The notes below the pieces were generated by a model that had not been told where the DNA came from, made no database searches, and worked only from the letters and a program-made list of their open reading frames with translations. The translations under genes and the position numbers were made by a program. 64,000 nucleotides of DNA, taken from NCBI GenBank assembly GCA_029570375.1, contig JAKPXB010000043.1, forward strand, positions 1,225 through 65,224, given 5' to 3'. Position 1 is the stretch's first letter. Every line of letters begins with the position of its first letter. Below are positions 7,938-16,204 of this stretch, piece after piece. The stretch comes from Bacillota bacterium. GTDB taxonomy: Bacteria; Bacillota; Clostridia; Saccharofermentanales; DTU023.

Positions 7938-9283
7938 GCGCGCCTCCTTCTCATCCCGGTTACCGCGAGCAGGAGCGCGGGGAGAATAGGCCAGAAAGAC
8001 AGGAAAAGCCGGGCGGAGGGGACCGCGCCTTTGTCTGTCATCGCCTGAGACACCACTTCCATCGCGCAATACATCGGCGTCAAACGGGCGCCCCGGCTAA
8101 GCCATGCCGGAAAGAGCGAAGCCGGATAGAGAACACCGCCGGACAAAAGAAGCGCGAAGAAGATCAGCCATCCGGTCTGAAAGACCGTCACCGCGGAGGC
8201 CTTCGAGCGCCCTACAAACAGCATGAGAAGCGCTCCGGCGAGATACACACCGGCCAACACGGCGGTCAGCGGGCCGATCGTCTGAAGAATCCCTGTGATC
8301 CGCAGCACGATGAGCCATGGGACGACAAGTACCACCCACCACCATAGTCCCAGGACAATCCGCGACAAGGCGGGGACGGCTCTGCCTGAGATAAGTGTGA
8401 TTCTGTTTTCGAGATCGGAACCGAAGCGGCGGCGGGTCTCCGCCAGCACCCCCATCGCGGGCAGAAAGGCAAACAACATAAGAATCCCCGCCCCCGCGTG
8501 AAGAAGCGCGCCGGAACCGGGACTCCGGCCATCCACCGCGAATCGGCTCTTCCCGAAAAAGGCGCTGATCGCATCGAGCGACTGCCGTGTCGCCTGCCGC
8601 CAGGATTCCTCCTCCTCACCGCCCAGTTTTTCGTACTGGTGCTGGTAACCAAAAACGGCGCTGTACAACCTGTCCACGGCGAAATAATACTGTCGGATAA
8701 GGACAGCGATGTAGCCCGCTTCCGCCGGTTTCTGAGGGTTCAGATACAGCTCCACTGATTCGCGGACGCTCCCTGTGCGCGTCTGTTCGAAAAGATCAGG
8801 AGGAATGGCGAAGAAAAGTATAATCTCATTCCTGTCGAGCCTCTCTTTCGCCTGCTCAAAGGTATCCGCGTAGACAGCGTCCAGATATTTAACGTCTTCT
8901 AACGCTTTGGCAAACAGCGTTCCGAAATAGGAATCGCCTTTGTCAACAATGGAAATGGAAAAAGTCATAGGCGGGCGCACATTTCCCTCACCCTTCTCCA
9001 TTTCTCTTTTGACAAGGGGAACAGCGGTGGCTGTAAGCGCCGCGAAAACAAGCAGGACAGCGAGAAATGCCGTCCTCGTCGACCGAAAGTCGCGTTTAAA
9101 TACAGAAAAAAAAGAGCGGATCCATTCGCGGAAAGACACGGGAAGCATCAAGCGGCCACTGTCATCCTGTTTTTCACCCGGTGTTTGCCCGGGATCCGCG
9201 TCAGGAAGCGCCTCCGGCAGGCCTTCATGCGGACGATCACCCGGAGAAGTCTCCGGGTCCGTAGGATAGCGATTACTCCTCAT
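7934..9283 (-). CDS. ABC-2 type transporter permease
   Basis: Same topology as its neighbour. Overlaps the ATPase gene stop by 11 nt; an alternative start is Met46 at 9148. Confidence 0.6.
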   Translation of the reverse strand: MRSNRYPTDPETSPGDRPHEGLPEALPDADPGQTPGEKQDDSGRLMLPVSFREWIRSFFSVFKRDFRSTRTAFLAVLLVFAALTATAVPLVKREMEKGEGNVRPPMTFSISIVDKGDSYFGTLFAKALEDVKYLDAVYADTFEQAKERLDRNEIILFFAIPPDLFEQTRTGSVRESVELYLNPQKPAEAGYIAVLIRQYYFAVDRLYSAVFGYQHQYEKLGGEEEESWRQATRQSLDAISAFFGKSRFAVDGRSPGSGALLHAGAGILMLFAFLPAMGVLAETRRRFGSDLENRITLISGRAVPALSRIVLGLWWWVVLVVPWLIVLRITGILQTIGPLTAVLAGVYLAGALLMLFVGRSKASAVTVFQTGWLIFFALLLSGGVLYPASLFPAWLSRGARLTPMYCAMEVVSQAMTDKGAVPSARLFLSFWPILPALLLAVTGMRRRRA

Positions 9284-9953
9284 GAGGGAAATGACCGTCT
9301 TCCAGGCGCATGACCCGGTCGCACAGGTTCGTCATCGTCGCTTCAACGTGGCTCGCGAGGAGAATCGTGCGCCCCCGTGAGCGGAGATGCCGCAGGCGGT
9401 CCATCATCATGGTTCGGCTGCGCGTGTCCGCGCCCGCAAAAGGTTCGTCGAGCAGTAACAGCACCGGATCGCCCAACAGCCCCACCACGAGGCTTACACG
9501 CCTCGCCATGCCGCCTGAACATTCGCGAATCGGTTTATCAAGAAAATCTGAAATCAGGGGATCGGACTTCGCCGTTTTGACGATCTGTTTACGGATAGGG
9601 GCGGGAATCCCGCGGACGGACAGCCAGAATTCGATCGTCTCACGCACGCGGAGGCGGTCGTCCAGCGCGATTTCCTGCGGTACATACCCAATCAGCGACC
9701 GCCAGCCGGCCGTTTCCGAGAGAGCAATTCCGCAGAAAGAAACCTGGCCTCCATCCGGCGGTAGAATAGAGGCCATGATCTTCAACAAGGTGCTTTTGCC
9801 GGCGCCGTTATCGCCGGCAATACCGTAAATACTACCCCTTGGCTGATCAAACGAGAGACCGTTGAGGATCGCCGCTCCGCGAAGCACTTTCGTCAAACCG
9901 CACACCTGCAGCCCCTCGTATGACTGTTTCAGATTTATGTCAGCGTTAATCAT
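9273..9953 (-). CDS. ABC transporter ATP-binding protein
   Basis: Walker A GDNGAGKST, signature CSGGMARR, Walker B LLLLDEP. Confidence 0.85.
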   Translation of the reverse strand: MINADINLKQSYEGLQVCGLTKVLRGAAILNGLSFDQPRGSIYGIAGDNGAGKSTLLKIMASILPPDGGQVSFCGIALSETAGWRSLIGYVPQEIALDDRLRVRETIEFWLSVRGIPAPIRKQIVKTAKSDPLISDFLDKPIRECSGGMARRVSLVVGLLGDPVLLLLDEPFAGADTRSRTMMMDRLRHLRSRGRTILLASHVEATMTNLCDRVMRLEDGHFPHEE

Positions 9954-10011
9954 CGGCTGTCACGTCAACGTTTGTCTCCGATCCTGTGCCACGGATCGCA
10001 AGCTCAGGTTA

Positions 10012-12078
10012 TTACGGTTCAAACATGAACTGACTCAGGTCAATTCCAAGGCTGGACAGAGCCTGCATGAGTCTCATCATGATGCCCGGATCATTCTCGA
10101 TGAGATTCTGAAGTGAATCGATATCCTGAATATCAGTACGGTCAGCCGGCAGTTTCGACTCAAATTCAATGTCGCGCGCGGCCAGGGGATGGTGGTCAAC
10201 TTTGATCGTGACCTTCGAGGGATTCCCTTGTCTCTCCGTCACCGACACACTAATTGAGGCGATCAGGTGCTGGCCATCAGACTGTTTCTCCAGTTTCCCG
10301 TTGTAATCGAACGACACGCTTATCGGCATTTCGAAATTACCGGAACCGTCCTTCGGTTCTATTTGCAGCTGTCCGACCGGGTACAAGAAATCCCCGTCTG
10401 TCTCGAGTCCGAATTCGTTGACCTTACCCTTGGCGAGAACCGCCGCTTCCTGATCGTGCGATTCGTAAAAGAGGAGGGAGAACTCCCCTGTGTAACGGTC
10501 GTTCCTGACCGTATACCGGCTTGTGAATTCAAACCCCTCTTCACCCTCCGGCTGCATGAAGAACCGGAATGCGTGCTCGTCTCCCGATTCCACATGGGCG
10601 TGGATCAACGTGAATATCTTCTCTTTCTCTTTTCCTTCCGGCGCGTGCGAGACAATCAGTTTCCCGCCTTGCGGTTTGTTTTTCTTATCGACGAACAGTT
10701 CGCGCAGAAACTCTAACTTGTAATCATCCGGTTTTTCGTCAATCTGCTTCAGGGCTTCGTCGATCTTCCCGACAAAAGATTCGTAGGGGTTCTCCTCGGA
10801 GTCTCCCGCGCGATTGAGCTTCTGAACCGCCGCGCTGATATCAGTGATGATCTTCCGGAGATCCTCATTCTGCTTGAGATACGTCAGAATCTCTTTCAGC
10901 ATTTCAGGGGTTTTTTCCGGTTTTACGACGACATCATAGCGATCAAGTTTCTGCGAGAGATCGCCGACCTGCAGCTCCTGACCTTTGACGAATTCCGGTT
11001 TTTCCGCGTATTTGGCGACAATATCGTAGAGATCGCCGGCGATTTTCTCAAATTTATCGCCCGTGAGCGTTCCCATAAGATCTTTCGATGCGTTGAGGAG
11101 ACCGGGAAGTTCTTCTCCCAGCGTATCTCCCAACTTGCTGAATTCATCGCCGATCATGCCTTCAAGCAGTTCGGGTTTCAGAACGAGCGGTTTCGTTAAG
11201 ATCGGCGTGGCGTCTATGACAAGCGCCCCTTCGACGTTATAAAGCTTGATTTTAAGCGCGTCCTCTGTCTTCTCCTGACCTCTCAGTCCGATTTGAGCGT
11301 GAAAGCGCATGTCATCTTCTTTGGTATCAAACTTATACTCTGTCGAGAGTTGAAGCTTGCTGATGATATCAAAGATTGGCGCGACCTGGCCAAAATCTTC
11401 GCCCTGTACCTCCAACGATAATGATGTTATACCGCCGTACTTAGTCTGCTCAAGCTGGGAGTGGACTGTTCCCCTGACCTTTCCAAGCATGGATTTCTCA
11501 TCCACACGCGTTAGCGCCTTCTCCGCGCCAATCCATGTTTTCCCACCGGAACGGCCGAACAGGCCTTTGATCTGATCGCCGAAAACAAGGAATGTGCCGA
11601 GCAGGAGGGCCGCTACCACAGCGATCGCTATGACGGGTATCAGCCAGCGGCGTTTCTTTTTCGGCGCCTGAGGGACCGGCGCGCCCTGCGGCGGATATCC
11701 GTAGGCTTGTGGCGCCTGCGCCGGCGGCGCCTGAGGAGGATATCCATATGCAGGAGGGACGGAGGGCGTCTGCCCCTGCTGATACGGCGGCGGATATGAA
11801 GCAGCCTGAGCCGCATAATCATATGTCTGTGACGCCTGAGGGGGATACCCATAGGCCGGCGGCTCTGAAGGCGCGCCTCCCTCCGCTGACGCCACCGCCG
11901 GATGCTCTTCAGGCGGAACACTGCTGTCTTCTGCCGCGGCGGGAGCACCGAACGGCTGCTGTTCATCGGGTTCATCGGCCGCCGGTTTAATAATCTCTTC
12001 CGTGAAAGGATTTCCGCACGATGTGCAGAATTTCGCGTGATCGCTCACCTCAGCGCCGCAATTCTTACAATTTTTCAT
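10012..12078 (-). CDS. Zinc-ribbon, Pro/Tyr-rich, single-pass membrane protein with a large extracytoplasmic domain of unknown function
   Basis: MKNCKNCGAEVSDHAKFCTSCG zinc ribbon, YGYPPQ repeats, a TM helix (WLIPVIAIAVVAALLLGTFLVF), then about 500 aa without motifs I recognise. ATG 12078 is preceded by AGTGAGGT. Confidence 0.6.
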   Translation of the reverse strand: MKNCKNCGAEVSDHAKFCTSCGNPFTEEIIKPAADEPDEQQPFGAPAAAEDSSVPPEEHPAVASAEGGAPSEPPAYGYPPQASQTYDYAAQAASYPPPYQQGQTPSVPPAYGYPPQAPPAQAPQAYGYPPQGAPVPQAPKKKRRWLIPVIAIAVVAALLLGTFLVFGDQIKGLFGRSGGKTWIGAEKALTRVDEKSMLGKVRGTVHSQLEQTKYGGITSLSLEVQGEDFGQVAPIFDIISKLQLSTEYKFDTKEDDMRFHAQIGLRGQEKTEDALKIKLYNVEGALVIDATPILTKPLVLKPELLEGMIGDEFSKLGDTLGEELPGLLNASKDLMGTLTGDKFEKIAGDLYDIVAKYAEKPEFVKGQELQVGDLSQKLDRYDVVVKPEKTPEMLKEILTYLKQNEDLRKIITDISAAVQKLNRAGDSEENPYESFVGKIDEALKQIDEKPDDYKLEFLRELFVDKKNKPQGGKLIVSHAPEGKEKEKIFTLIHAHVESGDEHAFRFFMQPEGEEGFEFTSRYTVRNDRYTGEFSLLFYESHDQEAAVLAKGKVNEFGLETDGDFLYPVGQLQIEPKDGSGNFEMPISVSFDYNGKLEKQSDGQHLIASISVSVTERQGNPSKVTIKVDHHPLAARDIEFESKLPADRTDIQDIDSLQNLIENDPGIMMRLMQALSSLGIDLSQFMFEP

Positions 12079-12254
12079 TCTGACCTCACTTTCCTGTGGA
12101 AAAGCAGCCGATGCACAGCCAGTGCTCACAACAAGGGCACGCGCCGTCTGCTTCCTTCCACATCCGGATCTATACATCCGGAACGGGTGTCATCGCCCAT
12201 TAATGATCGAGATTATTTCGATTATAGCGCATAATAATCGCTTTTGTGCCTGAA

Positions 12255-15200
12255 TCACGAACATCCCGTCGTCTCACCGCAGTCGAGACAGACCTTACAC
12301 GTGCCGTTTCGGACGAGCCTCGTTCCGGAGCAGTTGGTACAGACCGACCCGTCATAGAGCCGCTCGCCGTTCTTGCTCGCCTCGACAGCTTTCTCGTGGA
12401 TGAATTCATCCATACTGATCTGTGTTCGCTGCGCACCGTGCTCTTCCGGCGTTAAATCTTCTTTGCGCTCCGGCTTGACCTGAACGCGCGTGTAGTCTCC
12501 CGCCTCAATATCGAGAACCTTGCTGATCAGGTCCGACACAGATGTGCAGTACTTGATGTAGGGGTGGCGCTGTACGAATCCGTAGGGCTCGAACTTCTGC
12601 CCGCGGAGCATCTTGGAAATCGCGTCCGTTTTAATGCCGTACTGGAGCATGACCGAGATCGTCTTTGAAAGCGAATTCAGCAGGCCCGTAATCAGCGTCC
12701 CTTCGCGGTCTGTTGTCATAAAGAGTTCCGTGATCTCATCGTTCTCGTCGCGATTGACTGTGATGTAAACCTTGACATCTTCAATCTGGGCCGGGTGCGT
12801 GACACCGCTGCGAATACCGAACGGCTTGACGCGCGCGTGCACGAGGTCACCGCGTTCCAGTTTCCTGTTGCACTCTTCCAGATCGGCTTTTGCCTTCTCC
12901 GCGTAGTGGAGAAGATCGTGGTAGGAGAGATCCTCCAGCGGCTGATCCTGACTGTCCACGCCTGTCAGCCGTAAATTCAGCGGCTGCGCGTATTTAGACC
13001 CGTCACGGTACAGGGTAATTCCTTTGACGCCTTCCATCCAGGAGATCAGCGCGACGTCCGCGAAATCCTGTACTGTCGCTTCGTGCGGGAGATTGACCGT
13101 CTTCGAGATCGCGCCGGAGATTAACGGCGTAATCGCCGCGACCATGCGGACGTGTCCGAGGTAATGGATATACCGTTCGCCGGTTCCGCACTGGTTTGCC
13201 GTGTCAAATACGGCGAGATCCTCTTCGCGCAGATGCGGCGCTCCCTCTATTTTGCCGTCGAGAATCATGCCGCTGCCGTCCTCGCGCATGATGTACTCGG
13301 TGATTTCGCTGATCTCTTCATCGGTGTAACCGAGCTTCTTCAGACCCTGTCCGATGACGGGATTCGCGAGCACCATGTAGCCGCCTCCGGAGAGCTTCTT
13401 ATAGACGACATGTGAGAAAAAAGGCTCAATGCTGGTCGCCGCGCAGTCCATTGCGAAAGAAATCGTCCCGGTCGGCGCCATCACCGACACCTGCGCGTTG
13501 CGGTAACCATACAGTTCACCCCACTCTTCCGCCTTGGACCAGCATGTGTTCAGCGCGTCGACCAGATTCCCGAACCCGGATGACCGGAGCAGTTCGTGAT
13601 TGACGATGGGGAGATGATAGCAGATTTCTTCCGGTTCGTCTTTCCGGACGCCGGCCGCGCGGCTGTGATTGCGGATCACGCGGAGCATATACGGTTTGTT
13701 CTTCTCGTAATGCGCGAAGGGAGCGGTCTGCTTCGCCATGAGGGCGGAGACCGCGTAGCTTTGCCCTGTCAGGATACCGGACAGGGCGCCGCCGATCGCC
13801 CGCGCCTCGTCCGAATCGTAGGGAATCCCAGCGCTCATGAAGACCGACGCGAGGTTCGCGAGACCGAGCCCCGTCGCGCGGAATCCCCACGTCTTGCGCG
13901 CGATCGCCTCTGTCGGAAATTGTCCGCCAAAAATCGACGCTTCAAGGACGAGTTGGGCGATCGAAAGGAGGTGGGTGTAGCTTTCGATATCGAATTCGCC
14001 CTTCTCGGCGTTGTAGAAGCGCAGCACATTGATCGACGCCAGATTGCAGCTTGTGTCGTCGAGGAAAGCGTACTCTCCGCAGGGATTAGTGGAATTGATA
14101 CGGTTGTGCTTGGCTCCGTATACACCGTCCTCCCCTGCCGGGCACGTGTGCCAGGCGTTGAATGTATCGTCGAACTGGGGCGCCGGGTCGGCGCACCGCC
14201 ATGCGGACTGGTTGAAAATCTCCCACAGATGGCTGACCGGCACTTCTTTGTCGACACTTGCGTCGCGGCGCCCTTTCAGGCGGATCTTCGCGTGCGGGAA
14301 CCGGTCGAGGTCTGCCACTTTGCGCATAAATTCATCGTTAAAGCGCACTGAATTGTTAGAGTTCTGTCCGGAAACGGTCTGGTAGGCGACGCCGTCGATG
14401 TCTGCGTCGTAACCCATCTTGGCGAGCGCGATAACCTTATCTTCTTCGCGCGCTTTCCACGTAATGAAGCGCTCAATTTCAGGGTGGTCGATATCGAGAC
14501 AGACCATCTTCGCGGCGCGCCTCGTCGTCCCCCCTGACTTGATCGCTCCCGCATTGCGGTCCAGCCCCTTCAGGAAACTCATGAGACCGGACGACCGGCC
14601 GCCGCCTGACAGCGCCTCGCCTTCCGCGCGGATACTGGAGAAATTCGATCCGGTACCGGAACCGCCTTTGAACAGTTTCGTCTCCGACACGTACGCCTCT
14701 GAGATGGAATGGGGGCCGAGCAATTTGTCTTCGACCGACAGAATGAAACACGCCGACGCCTGTGTCCGCGTGTAATCATCCGCCGACATCACAACCTCTC
14801 CCTTTCCCTCGTCATAGTAAAAGAGCTCGTTCATCCCGCCGGCGATGCCGTATTTGAGCTTGAGCCCCGTATTGAACCACTGCGGTGAGTTCGGCGCGAA
14901 CATCTGCGCCAGAATGGCGAAGACAACTTCATCATAGAGAACGTCCGCTTCTTCCCCGCTGATCATCCCCTCGTCGACAAGCGCTTTGACCCAGAAAGAA
15001 ACCATGCGGTCGGCGACCTGGCGCATGGATGTCTCATGCCCGGGCTCACCGGGGACGCCGGCTTTCCTGAAATATTTTGACGCGATGATATCACAGGCTG
15101 TCTGCGAATAATGGGAAGGAAATTCGAGATCACGCATGTCTGTGAGAACTTTTCCCGATTTGTGATCTTTCAGCAGGACGTCACATCTTTTCCACTCAAA

Positions 15201-15305
15201 AAGGTCAAAGACTGTGCATTTCCTCTCTTCTATTTCCTTCGTAAAGTGACGTTTAATAACAGGAGCTAAAACGCTCATTTCAACACCTTCCCTCTCCTTA
15301 TCCAT
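12255..15305 (-). CDS. nrdJ: Adenosylcobalamin-dependent (class II) ribonucleotide reductase
   Basis: NSTNPCGEY active-site motif, length about 1000 aa, and a C-terminal Cys cluster CTNCSGTRLVRNGTCKVCLDCG. The start could alternatively be Met10 (15278). Confidence 0.85.
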   Translation of the reverse strand: MDKEREGVEMSVLAPVIKRHFTKEIEERKCTVFDLFEWKRCDVLLKDHKSGKVLTDMRDLEFPSHYSQTACDIIASKYFRKAGVPGEPGHETSMRQVADRMVSFWVKALVDEGMISGEEADVLYDEVVFAILAQMFAPNSPQWFNTGLKLKYGIAGGMNELFYYDEGKGEVVMSADDYTRTQASACFILSVEDKLLGPHSISEAYVSETKLFKGGSGTGSNFSSIRAEGEALSGGGRSSGLMSFLKGLDRNAGAIKSGGTTRRAAKMVCLDIDHPEIERFITWKAREEDKVIALAKMGYDADIDGVAYQTVSGQNSNNSVRFNDEFMRKVADLDRFPHAKIRLKGRRDASVDKEVPVSHLWEIFNQSAWRCADPAPQFDDTFNAWHTCPAGEDGVYGAKHNRINSTNPCGEYAFLDDTSCNLASINVLRFYNAEKGEFDIESYTHLLSIAQLVLEASIFGGQFPTEAIARKTWGFRATGLGLANLASVFMSAGIPYDSDEARAIGGALSGILTGQSYAVSALMAKQTAPFAHYEKNKPYMLRVIRNHSRAAGVRKDEPEEICYHLPIVNHELLRSSGFGNLVDALNTCWSKAEEWGELYGYRNAQVSVMAPTGTISFAMDCAATSIEPFFSHVVYKKLSGGGYMVLANPVIGQGLKKLGYTDEEISEITEYIMREDGSGMILDGKIEGAPHLREEDLAVFDTANQCGTGERYIHYLGHVRMVAAITPLISGAISKTVNLPHEATVQDFADVALISWMEGVKGITLYRDGSKYAQPLNLRLTGVDSQDQPLEDLSYHDLLHYAEKAKADLEECNRKLERGDLVHARVKPFGIRSGVTHPAQIEDVKVYITVNRDENDEITELFMTTDREGTLITGLLNSLSKTISVMLQYGIKTDAISKMLRGQKFEPYGFVQRHPYIKYCTSVSDLISKVLDIEAGDYTRVQVKPERKEDLTPEEHGAQRTQISMDEFIHEKAVEASKNGERLYDGSVCTNCSGTRLVRNGTCKVCLDCGETTGCS

Positions 15306-15345
15306 TCAGAACCCCGAGGCTGAGCAGCCGGGGAAATCAAGATCA

Positions 15346-15397
15346 ATACACTGGATATTGTATGCTGAGCTTTATAATACTACCACATATTGTGGTA
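15346..15397 (-). promoter_or_regulatory. Two NrdR-box-like palindromes flanking a -10-like element upstream of nrdJ
   Basis: ATACA-N8-TGTAT at 15346-15363 and ACCACA-TAT-TGTGGT at 15382-15396, with TATAAT/TATTAT between them. They lie 41-92 bp upstream of the ATG at 15305. Confidence 0.45.
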
Positions 15398-15697
15398 TGA
15401 TATTACAGGATTGTGACAAACAATCTTGTCTGTCTCTCTGTTTTGAGAGGAAGCAGGACAGGATGAACACAAAACTCACTTGTCTGTAATATCCTGCGTT
15501 GGATCAAACGAATCCCCGTCCCTCATGTCAAAACGGTCATGGCTCGCCAAGTCCTCACAAATGCGCTAAGATGGCTCCGGGCAGAGTGTCCTGACAGAAG
15601 AGAATGCGGCAAGATTTATCGGGGTTTTATTGAAGTGGATCCCGGCGGACGGGGACACGAGGGAATTGATAAAACAAGACAAAAAGGGAATGCAAAG

Positions 15698-16117
15698 ATG
15701 ATCAAAAGACAACTCTCTAAAACCGTTTGCCTCTTCGCGGGGGTGCTCCTTTTCTGTCTCTCTCTATTACCCGTATCCTGTGGCAAAAAAAGCGCCCTCG
15801 TCGGATCCTGGCGGCTGCTCAAATCGGAAGATCCGACTTACACGCCCGGCATTATTTTTGAGTTTAACGCCAATGGCACGTTGAAACTGCTCCCGGGAGA
15901 CGCTCCTCTCTCCGACGAGGACAAAGAGATGTTCGCCAATCTGCACGCGCGATTCGCTCTGGCATACCAGGCGGGGGCGAACGGTGATCTGCGCCTCACG
16001 CTGGACAAAGCCGATGGCGGCTCCGCTATTCTCCGCATGAAATACACCATTGAGGGAAACCGGTTATCCATCAGAGACGAAAACGATGTATCGCTGATTT
16101 TCGAGCGCCAGCCCTGA
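15698..16117 (+). CDS. Small lipoprotein of unknown function
   Basis: MIKRQLSKTVCLFAGVLLFCLSLLPVSCG looks like a lipoprotein signal with a lipobox-like Cys. The part of the ORF upstream of 15698 is discounted. Confidence 0.55.
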   Translation: MIKRQLSKTVCLFAGVLLFCLSLLPVSCGKKSALVGSWRLLKSEDPTYTPGIIFEFNANGTLKLLPGDAPLSDEDKEMFANLHARFALAYQAGANGDLRLTLDKADGGSAILRMKYTIEGNRLSIRDENDVSLIFERQP

Positions 16118-16204
16118 AAAATCCGGTTCTCGTATCACCGAGCGCTTTCTTCAGGAATCTTTCAAATACGCCTGTGGTGAGTGATCAAACTTCCGGTCGG
16201 TCTG

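Noticed and set aside
13596-14351. Several 100-250-aa ORFs antisense to nrdJ, cca, yfhO, gyrB, recF and nadE (for example 13596-14351, 16635-17381, 34851-35519, 40870-41679, 41830-42495, 44043-44687, 49360-49959, 49799-50479)
   Set aside because: All are nested in or antisense to genes with strong motif support. The low-complexity Arg/Ala/Pro content indicates GC-driven open frames.
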